The notes beneath the pieces are model-generated. The model was not told the DNA's origin and searched no databases. It saw only the letters and a program-made list of their open reading frames with translations. Below, piece after piece: positions 27,561-38,624 of a stretch of 64,000 bases of DNA. Within the stretch, counting starts at the first letter, position 1, and every line of letters begins with the position of its first letter. The position numbers and the translations under genes were made by a program. The DNA comes from Octopus vulgaris. Its lineage: Eukaryota. The DNA lies in contig OX597818.1 in the NCBI GenBank assembly GCA_951406725.2, forward strand, positions 93,744,001-93,808,000, in the 5' to 3' direction.

Positions 27561-27927
27561 ATGCTAATATACTACTAAGCAAAACAAAAAAAAAATCTCT
27601 GAATATAAATTTACTTCTTGTTTGGAGAAAGGAAACTAAAACCTCATTGGCAATCATATGACCTACAAAGAAACAGGATTTTAAGAAATTTTTTTAAAAT
27701 TGTATCAACCTACCCAAAGCTCTGGTTTTATGAAACTAACTTCTTGTTTCTAAGTGATATAAATTAAGCCATTTGAGCAAAATTTCATGTTAATTTATAT
27801 TCCAAAACACCAGATAAATAATGATAAAGTGTTTGGCCAAGTTCTTTATTTTCAAAATTAATTGAAATAAAGGCAGTATATTTCATTACAAATATGGTAA
27901 CAAAAAAGGATTAACCCTTTTGATACC

Positions 27928-28133
27928 TATTTCTTTACCAAACACAGAGAGGACAGACAAACGGATTAAGTCGATTATATTGACCTCAGTGCATAACTGG
28001 TACTTAATTTATCGACCTCGAAAGGATAAAAGGCAAAGTTGACCTCGGCGGAATTTGAACTCGGAACGTAATGGCAGACGAAATACGGCTATGCATTTCG
28101 CCCGGCGTGCTAACGTTTCTGCCAGCTCGCCGT
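27928..28133 (-). mobile_element. tRNA-derived SINE family A, young copy with TSD
   Basis: Head GGCGAGCTGGCAGAAACGTTAGC, B-box GAGTTCAAATTCC, body GACTTTGCCTTTCATCCTTTCG..GTCGATAAA..AAGTACCAG. ~16-bp TSD TAACC(C/T)TTTTGATACC. Other copies at ~596, 5933, 11177, 26375, 26538, 31425, 48400, 49000, 59727, 61180, 62010. Confidence 0.88.
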
Positions 28134-28985
28134 CTAACCTTTTTGATACCAGCCTGTCTAAAACTCTGTTTCCATGATACAAACGGTGATCTAAATAAAA
28201 ACCTTCCATCAAAATATGTTATGTTCCAAACACCATCTTAATGACAGTTATTTTACTAAATTCATTATTTTCAAAATTAATTGAACCAAAAGCAGTGTAT
28301 CTGAACAGAAATATAGTAACAATAGGGTTAACTTAGGAAACTTTGATATTCATAAGTGGGGAACAATAACAGACAAGTTTTGATTGCATTGGACTTTGTA
28401 AAACATAATGTAAACTAACTTCAATAGTTAGAAAATTTTAGATGTAGGAAAAGGGCTACAAAAAGTTTTAGACAGCAGTAATTTGCATACCAAACAACTG
28501 AGTTAATGAAAATTATCAATTAAGCAAATCTTTGATCATAGACAAATTAAAATTGAGCAAGAAACAAGTTTTGGTAAAGAGATAAAATTTATATATTAAT
28601 ATTTAAACTTTTTTCCATCTTATTTTGAAAAACTAATTTCATTCTTTAAAATTCACAAGAAGTTCTTTTTGAAAAAAAAAAATGCTCCCACTGACAGAAA
28701 TCACAGTATTAAGGGACCAATGTTCAATTTGTGCTGTAAACAATATATAACATCTATTGCTGCAATCTGGCAGAGTCTGTAAGGTCAACAATTGTGGATT
28801 CAGACACAGAAGTGAGTCACTTTACAAATGGCTTACTGTTCCCTTCTACTAATCAGAATGAGATAATCACTGTATAGAACACAATGGCTGTAGCAAGAGT
28901 TGAACTTATGACCACCTGAACAACACCCCAGCACCTTAAAATTACAGCTACTTCACTGCAGTGGTGTTAATAAATTTTCTTACAT

Positions 28986-29355
28986 AGGTGCAGGCATGGC
29001 TGTGTAGTTAAGAAGTTTGCTTCACCACCATGTAGTCACAGGTTCAGTCCCACTGCAAGCAATTTGGACAAGTGTTTTCTACTGTAGAATAAGGCTGACA
29101 AAAGCCTTGATTGCATTTGATAGATGGAAATTGAAAGAAGCCCATTGTGTGTGTACCCTTGTCTTGGTGTCATGTAATGATCATAAACAAATATACAAGT
29201 GATGTTCATTTCCAGTCTTCCTTGAAAAACATGTCTGGCCAAGGGGAAATGTTATCTTGCTTAGTAACAGGAAGGGCATCCAACCATAGAAAACTTGCCC
29301 CAACATTCCATCTGACCTATGCAAGCATGGAGGGGTGAACATTTAACAATGGTGG
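28986..29355 (+). mobile_element. SINE family B head with RTE-type tail
   Basis: Same head as 33926-34325 but ends ACAGGAAGGGCATCC...GCAAGCATGGA, like the RTE 3' end. Similar copies at ~3868, 10540, 11978, 12650, 60120. Confidence 0.78.
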
Positions 29356-29561
29356 TTTACACACAAAGCAGAAGGAGTAGCATATTTTTTTTTTCATTGG
29401 AATAGCCAGATCAATCAGACCATAGCCGATAATGTATAAAGGGCTAGTGGTGTAGCAAATTTGTGACTTTCCAGATACTGCACTTCTCAATACCAGCCTG
29501 TGATCTTAACAACATAAACAAAGAAGGGAATCGGAATTATCAATGGAGATTATGTTGATGT

Positions 29562-30877
29562 CTAGTATTTGATACCTTCTGATTCTGCTTCTTCTTTAAT
29601 AAGAGTGGTAAGATTGACAGAGCTTATAGAATTAATGGTTTGTTCAGTTGATGTTGGTAATGTCTCTAAGTTGGTTTCAATACTAGAATCAATAACAATA
29701 GGATTGAATTCATTTTTTAATAGAGATGTTGCTGGAAGGAGTGACGTGGATGTTGCTGAAACTGATGTTGAGTAAGTATTGTTGAATAAGAGACTAGATG
29801 ATAATGAATGAGGTGTTGACATAAATAGATTTGGGTCATGCTTCCTTTTCATTTGTCGACGACCACATTCCTTGTCACTGAGATATTTACGTCGGTTCTG
29901 TAATGCTTCACCGAGTCGAATCCAAACAAACTGCTTGTGCCGACTCAACTGTGGTGCAGCGCGACAGATATAGCGAAAGAAAATTTCTTTTTTTTCTGCA
30001 GAAATCATCTTCAAAGGAGGTGCTCTGTGCCATATTTTTGCTGTTGTAGCAGCCTCTCTCAAAAGTGAGCGTCCGAGTCTCTGAGCTTCAGTCGGACGAC
30101 CTCTTCGTACTTTCCTTCGAAGTAGCTCTTCAGCAGTGAATTCTTTGATTCGGCATGCACCCCAGCCATCAACAATATACACATCATTCTGAGGATAATC
30201 AACAACATCATCATCATCTTCTATCACATGTGTCTGAACTTCTCCCTGTTGTATGAGTGTAGTGGATGTGTCTGAAGTTTTAGGAGAAGAATAAATAGCT
30301 GTATCAGAATTGACAAAATTACTGACAGAAAGTGAGTTTGAATGCAATGAAGTTACAACTCCCACTTCTGAATCTTGCTGCTCTGTTGGAATAAAATTGT
30401 TAGTATGGAGTGGTGGGTTCTGGATATCAGTCAGTTGTGACATAGTGGTATTTGGACTGGGTTTTTTCTGTTGGTTTGAAATAATAACTAGTGGAGATGT
30501 TTTGTTGTAAGATTCCAGGTTTACTGTTTTAGTGGGAAGAACATGTGTGACTTGGGTCAGAATGGGTTCTGGTGTGATTTTGGGAGAGGGCAAAGGTATT
30601 ATAGCTTTGGGTGTTGATGTCACAAATGTTTGTGATGGCAAAGTTATTGGTGATGAAGATAAGGATGTAGATGCTAGAACTGAGTGGGGATTTGATACAA
30701 CAGAGCTGCTCACTGTTGGAGGTGCAATGGTCTTTGCTAAACGGCATGAAGAGTTGTTTGGACCATAAAGTTCTCGAAGCAATTTCCGAATTAAAAATCT
30801 ATCCTTGAACACTTCAAAGATATCTTTGAGGTCGGCATCAGTAAATTCCAGCAGCATCTCTCCTTCTACCTGGTTAT
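29562..30877 (-). CDS. SAM-domain protein, large terminal exon (C-half of SAM, S/T/P-rich linker, AT-hook-like RRGRP, basic helical domain)
   Basis: 1316-nt open frame. Acceptor tttcAG|AT (phase 1) completes G+AT=Asp, giving ...SLRDNQVEGEMLLEFTDADLKDIFEVFKDRFLIRKLLREL, a SAM-type pattern (e.g. ENEIDGEALLLLTEEDLKEL). Confidence 0.88.
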
Positions 30878-31424
30878 CTGAAACATAGAATATACTGTTT
30901 GTAACATATCTTTTGAATGATACACACACATACAGAGCTATATATATTTATAGATACAGATATGGCAGACACATAGGTATGGACGTTTGTTCAATAGGCA
31001 CAACCTAAGGGTCTCCGTTAGTTGTGTGCCCAATATGAAAAGAATATTGGTTAACACCCATGAAACCCAAGCAGAGTACAATGGCTGCCCAGTGTGTGTG
31101 CAAGGCAAGGCTAAGGGAGTCATATGTGAGGTTATGGTTGTATCCAGCCCTAACAAGCAGAATAATAACAGCAGCTCATCCAACATCAGTAATAACAATG
31201 GCAACAGCAGAAGTAGCAGTGACAGAGACACTGACAACTACAACTAGCACCAACACCTGCTCTACAACCAGAGATGATGGCCATGTCAGCACCAGTGAAA
31301 CTTCCAGTCCCATGCCCAGACTTAACAGCACTGAAGGCACCCACAACATCACCAGCAACAGCAACTCCAAAACTGTAGCCACACGCACAAACATTTATCT
31401 ATCTATCTACATATTATATATATA

Positions 31425-31653
31425 TTTCTTTACTACCCACAAGGGGCTAAACACAGAGGGGACAAACAAGGACAGACAAAGGGATTAAGTCGATTATATC
31501 GACCCCAGTGCGTAACTGGTACTTAATTTATCGACCCTGAAAGGATGAAAGGCAAAGTCGACCTCGGCGGAATTTGAACTCAGAATGTAACGGCAGACGA
31601 AATACGGCTACGCATTTCGCCCGGCATGCTAACGTGTCTGCCAGCTCGCCGCC
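31425..31653 (-). mobile_element. SINE family A, near-intact copy
   Basis: Near-identical to 27928-28133. Confidence 0.88.
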
Positions 31654-31967
31654 TTTATAATCTACATATTATATATAGTCTTACTGGCACCTGTGCTGGT
31701 GGTATGTGTAAAAGGATTCGACCGAGGTCGTTGCCAGTACCGCCTGACTGGCCCCGTACCGGTGGCACGTAAAAAGCACCCACAACACTCTCGGAGTGGT
31801 TGGCGTTAGGAAGGGTATCCAGCTGTAGAAACTCTGCCAAATCAAGATTGGGGCCTGGTGCAACCATCTGGTTCGCCAGCCCTCAGTCAAAATCGCCCAA
31901 CCCATGCTAGCACGGAAAGCGGACGTTAAACGATGATGATGATGATTATATATATATATATATATAT

Positions 31968-32339
31968 ACAAAATAAATATAAGAGAGTGGTCACTATATT
32001 GATCACTCTAGCACCAGTTAATCCAAAAGGTTTCAACCACGAAAAATACATGTTTCCCATGAAAGCCGGTACGACTGTTAGCTCACACGGACAGGGCAAA
32101 TAAAAAATAACAAAAATACAGATTATTTTGGGACAATTGTTTCGCTATTAATGAATTAATAGCGAAACAATTGTCCCAAAATAATCTGTATTTTTGTTAT
32201 TTTTTATTTGCCCTGTCCGTGTGAGCTAACAGTCGTACCGGCTTTCATGGGAAACATGTATTTTTCGTGGTTGAAACCTTTTGGATTAACTGGTGCTAGA
32301 GTGATCAATATAGTGACCACTCTCTTATATTTATTTTGT
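31968..32339. repeat. Apparently perfect 185-bp inverted repeat with 2-nt loop
   Basis: Arms 31968-32152 and 32155-32339 are reverse complements; loop GA. Confidence 0.95.
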
Positions 32340-33925
32340 GAAAATATTATAATATGTTATAAAATATTATAATAATCCAGGTTTCTCGTAGCACTAGGCC
32401 ACTTGGTGTGGAATAAATATACTATTAAATTAGTATCTAATTCTCTCACCCTTATTAATTTATATATATATACATATATCTTTTGTTTTAGTCATTTGAC
32501 TACGGTCATGCTGGGGTTGCATAAATCGACACCAGGGCTTATGCTTTGTAAGCCTAGTGCACACACATCCACACACTTATATATACATGTATGTGTAAAG
32601 TAAGACACTAAGTGATGTATATATTTGAATCTTTAATGTAATGTATGTATTTATATCCTTAATCGGTACACAAATCTCCAATACAAACACATTCTAAAAT
32701 TGAACAGGGTTTTTTTTCCCTCTATATCTCAAAACCTCAATTCCTTTATACAGCTTTATCAATTTTTTAAACGAAAGATATTTTCCCCAGATGTATCACG
32801 TGCCTATTTGTTAATAATGAAGACGAACATAGCACGGTGCTGTGCCAATATTTTGACAGAAAATGTGTGAGGTAGTATAACCTACCTACTCTAAAAGCAA
32901 ATCACAGTCAATAAATATACTTATGGGAAACCAGTTAAAATTGTTAAATACACAGGAGGTAGGGAAAATTTTAAAGCGATATTTATCGGGTGGAGTCGAG
33001 TGAGGAGGATGAGAAGAGAGGGAATAACGTAGGAAATGAAAAGAAAGGGAAAGGATACAGAGCACAAAGATCACGGGGAGAATACAAAGTGAAAGACAGG
33101 AAAAGACGAGAGAAGAGAACTGCAGGAGGAATGTAGAAAGAATGAGAGAAAGAGAGGTTGGATTAGCAGGGAAGCTCATGAAATGATACAAGTTAATGGA
33201 TGGTGAAAGTGTGTGTGATGAATGAGAAGGGAGGGGGACAAAAGAGTAAGAGAGTGACAAAGAGGAACAGAGCAGCAGAGAGTAGTACAGAGGGTGAGAC
33301 AGACGATCAGAGAGGAGGAGAAGCAGACGAATCGAGAGAGAGATGGAAGAAACGGAGAGAGGGAGAGAAAGATAGAGATGATAAATGTAAAAGAGAATTT
33401 CAAGAGATAAAAGAATTAAAATCATTGAGTAATAAAAATGTAAGATAAAACTCCTTACAAATGTATTTAACAGACGTATTTAAATTACTTTTAAGAAAGA
33501 AGGTAAGATGTGTGTTAAAATGGATTTAATAGAAAAGAAAAAAAAAGGAAGGAAAAAATTTCGCTGCAACCACATCAATTAAAGTATAGTATGTTAAGAT
33601 TTTAATTGCTGTGCAGACAAGACACTGCACGGCTATTACTTAGTGTCTGTCTCTAGTAGTAAGCTTTTTAAAGGTAAAAATTAATCAATTAAAATATAGA
33701 AATGGTTTTTAAAAGAATCCTCGCTTATTGATTTAGCTACTGCAGGAAAGAAAATAGTAGGGAGTGAAGAGAAGAATGGTGTTGCTAGTGTCATGCGGAA
33801 GCCAGCTATATGCCTGCCTGTGAGGCAAAATATCTCATACACAACAGATATTCTGAGCCATGAAAAAAATATTTTTAAAAGGGAAATATACATATACATG
33901 TGTGCGCGCATGTATATGTGTATAT

Positions 33926-34323
33926 ACTCTTTACTCTTTTACTTGTTTCAGTCATTTGACTGCGGCCATGCTGGAGCACCGCCTTTAGTCGAGCAAATCG
34001 ACCCGGGACTTATTCTTTGTAAGCCCAGTACTTATTCTATCGATCTCTTTGGTCGAACCGCTAAGTGACGGGGACATAAACACACCAGCATCGGTTGTCA
34101 AGCAATGCTAGGGAGACAAACACAGACACACAAACATATATATATATATATATACATATATACGACAGGCTTCTTTCAGTTTCCGTCTACCAAATCCACT
34201 CACAAGGCATTGGTCGGCCCGGGGCTATAGCAGAAGACACTTGCCCAAGATGCCACGCAGTGGGACCGAACCCGGAACCATGTGGTTGGTTAGCAAGCTA
34301 CTTACCACACAGCCACTCCTGCA

Positions 34324-34325
<2 letters not shown>
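33926..34325 (-). mobile_element. tRNA-derived SINE family B with CR1-type tail, near intact
   Basis: Head GGTGCAGGAGTGGCTGTGTGGTAAG...GGTTCGGTCCC; internal (TA/TG)n; tail GGTGCTCCAGCATGGCCGCAGTCAAATGACTGAAAC. Other copies at ~9100, 32480, 35455, 36480, 38205, 53250, 53540. Confidence 0.88.
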
Positions 34326-34836
<511 letters not shown>

Positions 34837-34838
34837 TT

Positions 34839-35005
34839 TATTTAAAGCAGCAGAAAATTCAACAAAACCTGTTACTCTGAGTTTCACGTTGCCGTTCATC
34901 GGACAGTTTTTGCTAATCGGTTCCATTCTAGCAAAAACTGTCCGATGAACGGCAACGTGAAACTCAGAGTAACAGGTTTTGTTGAATTTTCTGCTGCTTT
35001 AAATA
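34839..35005. repeat. 77-bp inverted repeat with 13-nt loop carrying a hammerhead motif
   Basis: Arms 34839-34915 and 34929-35005. Decayed relative at ~37245-37460. Confidence 0.93.
34934..34980 (+). ncRNA. Minimal type I hammerhead ribozyme-like motif (Penelope-type, U4C variant)
   Basis: CTGT-CCGATGA-ACG[GCAA]CGT-GAAA-CTC[A]GAG-TA-ACAG: helices I, II and III all pair; core is CCGAUGA instead of CUGAUGA. Confidence 0.6.
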
Positions 35006-35314
35006 TTACTCTACCACTGGTATTTGAGTACTCTTTTTTCCACCTTGTTTCACATTTATGTGTTTACTCCGGTATATATATATATATACTCTTTATCTTT
35101 TATTAAACTTTTAATACTTTTGATATATATTTAAAATAATATAAATTAAATTAATTTTATGTATTGGCTTATATTTTTCATTGTTTGATTTGCCTAATAG
35201 TGGTTTTATCTCTAATTTATATAATATAATATAATATATTTATACTATAAAATTGGATTTAATCCTAAATCTGATTTTTCCCTGTAAGTTTGGATTTATT
35301 CCCTAATATTTTAT

Positions 35315-35347
<33 letters not shown>

Positions 35348-35561
35348 ATACATATATATACAAACACACATACACATATATGAATATATATAGATGTACA
35401 TGAATATACAATCACATATATTGTGTATGCGTGCGCGTGTATATATATATATATCTTTTACTTGTCTCAGTCATTTGACTGTGGCCATGCTGGAGCACCA
35501 CATTTACTCGAGCAAATCGGACCCCATTCTTTGCAAGCCTAGTACTTATTCTATCGGATTT

Positions 35562-35601
<40 letters not shown>

Positions 35602-35628
35602 ATGTGTACATATATATGTGTGTGTGTG

Positions 35629-35661
<33 letters not shown>

Positions 35662-35934
35662 ATATATGTATGTATGTATATATATATATATGTATGTATG
35701 TATATATATATATATATGTGTGTATGTATATATGTATGTATATATATATATGTGTGTGTGTGTATATATATATGTATGTGTATATATATATGTATGTGTG
35801 TGTATATATATATGTATGTATATATATATATGTATGTATGTATATATATATATATATGTATGTATGTATATATATATATATATATATGTCTATATATATA
35901 CGTGTATATATACATATGTGTGTATATATGTATG

Positions 35935-36032
<98 letters not shown>

Positions 36033-36035
36033 CAT
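35562..36035. repeat. Compound (TA)/(TG)/(GA)/(GACA) microsatellite
   Basis: Direct inspection. Confidence 0.97.
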
Positions 36036-36081
36036 ATGTGCACGTATAAATGTATACATATTTGTGGTAGACGCAAACTGA

Positions 36082-36472
36082 GGAAAAACTTCCTTTTGTA
36101 ACCCTGCCATGAAATTTTTTTCTTAAATTACATATGGTGGAAAATTGATTTCCTACTATGTCTTATAAATAATAAGGAAGTCATAAAAATTTAAAATTTC
36201 TATTTAAAAACTTTATTTTTGTATTATGTATGTTCATGTCCCAATTTGCCTAACGTTAAGGCCAAAATTGCTTAACTCTATGAAATTTACCTAAACTTGG
36301 GACATGAATATACATACATAATACAGAAACGAAGTTTATTTTTAATAGAAATTCTTAATTTTAATGACTTTTTCATTATTATTATAAGACCTAGTAGGAA
36401 ATCAATTTTCCACCATGTGTAAATTAAAAAAAAAAACTTTTATGTGGGGGCGGGATAAAAAGAAGTCTTTCC
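36082..36472. mobile_element. Fold-back MITE with 8-bp TSD, nested in a SINE
   Basis: ~165-bp imperfect inverted arms with GGAAAAACTTC / GAAGTCTTTCC termini. Direct repeat CAAACTGA at 36074-36081 and 36473-36480. Confidence 0.8.
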
Positions 36473-36764
36473 CAAACTGATAAAACCCGTCATGTGTGTG
36501 TGTGCGCGCATGTCCCCCACCACTGCTCGATAACCGGTGATGTGTTTGTCACCGTAACATAGCTGTTCGGCAAAAGAAACCGATATAAGTACCAGGTTTT
36601 AAAAAATAAGTACTGGGGTCAGTTCATGCAAAAGTTCTTCAAGACAGTGTCCCAGTATGAACACAGTCTAATGACTAAAACAAATGACATATATATAGAG
36701 AGTAACTGCTGCATTTGTTGAGTATATAAACAGTTTGGCTACTTGTTTCTCTGGAGACTGTCAG

Positions 36765-36830
36765 AATGATGTGGACACCTCTGATGAGAACGTAATAAGG
36801 TTTGAAAATCGATCAAGGTTGTTCATCATT
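36765..36830 (+). ncRNA. Decayed hammerhead-like motif
   Basis: ...GGACACCT-CTGATGA-GAAC...GTTT-GAAA-ATCGAT-CA-AGGTTGTTCATCATT. Helix I pairs and helix III is palindromic, but the conserved U16.1 appears mutated. Confidence 0.45.
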
Positions 36831-36889
36831 TTTTCAGTCTGTGGGAAAATGGTTAAAATTTGCCCTGTTTATAATTATACCATATGTCA

Positions 36890-36933
<44 letters not shown>

Positions 36934-37485
36934 AACGCGCCCTTTTTTAAAGCCTAGCCAGGCTCCTGCCAGTCCATCGCAGCGTTACTCATTTTTGACA
37001 GCTGAGTGGACTGGAGCAACGTGAAATGAAGTGTTTTGCTCAAGAACACAACGCGTCGCCCGGTCCAGGAATTGAAACCACAATCTTACGATCATGATGC
37101 TGTCACCCTAACCACTAAGCTATGGGCCTACACACACACATATATATGAGAGGATTTTTTATTGCCCATAAGGAGCCAATATAGATGGGACAACACAAAG
37201 ACATGTGGGGACATATAACACAAAACTTAAATTATATATGAGAAGCATCTAAATGCAAAACAAGGTGGAAAAAATAGTACTCCAATACCGAAGAATAATA
37301 GGCTTTTTTATTAAAGATGCAAAAACATCACAAAAAACTGTTACTCAGAATTTAACATTTCTGCTCATCAAACAGTTGTGATTAAGACTGTCCAACAAAT
37401 GGAAGCGTGAAACTCTGAGTAACAGTTTTCCATGATGTTTTTGCAGCTTTAATAATAAAATATACATATATATATATATATAAAT

Positions 37486-37726
37486 ATAGATAAATTAAGA
37501 AATGGAGTCAAACACAGGCGTTATTCAAATCTTTATACGTCCAACATATGTTTTGAAGAAAACATTGATATTATTCTGGAGGGAATAAAATGATGTAAAC
37601 AATACAATCATCTCATCAGAGGAAAAAAAGAGAAGGAATAATATGAATGCTTTCTTCGAAACATATGTAGGAAGAATAAAGATTTGAATAACACCTGCAT
37701 TTGACTCCATTTCTTAATTTATCTAT
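37486..37726. repeat. Imperfect ~90-bp inverted repeat with hammerhead remnants
   Basis: ATAGATAAATTAAGAAATGGAGTCAAA... / ...TTTGACTCCATTTCTTAATTTATCTAT. CGAAACATATGTA in the right arm; CTGATGA on the minus strand in the loop. Confidence 0.8.
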
Positions 37727-38624
37727 GTTAAACAAAAACATTTCTCTTAACCATGGAATTTCTACTTTTATATGTAGGGTCTAATATCCTTGGCACTTAT
37801 GTGAGTTCTTGCTAAACTGGTAGCTATTTATTTTTTTTTTCTGTATTATTTGTACACTTTGAAGAAATAAACATACATTTATATACATTTGGATTAACTT
37901 TATATATATATTTTGCAACCAACGAATCTAGTCAACACACAAGACGGCCATTATGGTCCCCCTCCACACAAAACACCACCATGTGGACTCTGTTGAGACT
38001 AGTAAGAAACAATTATGAACTTTTTTATTACACTCAACTTTTTTTTAAATATTTTAGATAAGGTTCATTCTTTTCAAGAACCGAAACATGTGAAATCTCT
38101 AAGAAAATTAAAATTTATCTTATATAGTGGTGTTTTCAAACTTCTTTTTTATAAATATATACCCACTTGTATGCCACCAACACTTTATATATATATATAT
38201 ATATTCTTTTATTTGTTTCAGTCAGTTGACTGCAGCCATGCTGGAGCACTGCCTTCAGTCGAACAAATCAACCCCAGGACTTATTCTTTGTAAGCCTAGT
38301 ACTTATTCTATCAGTCTCTTTTTGCTGAACCACTAAGTTATGGCAATGTAAATACACCAGCATCAGAGGTCAAGGGATGGCGGCGGGGGAGGACAAACAG
38401 ACACACAAACATATACATATATATATATACATATATGACAGGCTTCTTTCAGTTTCTGTCTGCCAAATCCACTCACAAGGCTTTGGTCAGCCCAGGGCTA
38501 TAGTAGAAGATACTTGCCCTAGGTGCCAAGCAGAGGGACTGAACCTGGAACCATGTGGTTGGTAAGTATGCTACTTACCACACAGCCGCTCCTGTGCCTA
38601 TATATATATATATTCTCTTATTCT

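Noticed and set aside
30878-30929. N-terminus MCVSFKRYVTNSIFYVS of the 455-aa ORF
   Set aside because: It lies upstream of a clear tttcAG acceptor, so it is intronic; the spliced upstream exon completes the SAM domain instead.
30938-31488. Overlapping Thr/Ser/Asn-rich and Leu-rich ORFs
   Set aside because: Low-complexity CAN-rich intronic sequence running into a SINE; no splice or homology support.
32886-33448. Hydrophobic 179-aa ORF resembling a membrane protein
   Set aside because: Artefact of a purine/pyrimidine-biased tract (L/S/F/P codons).
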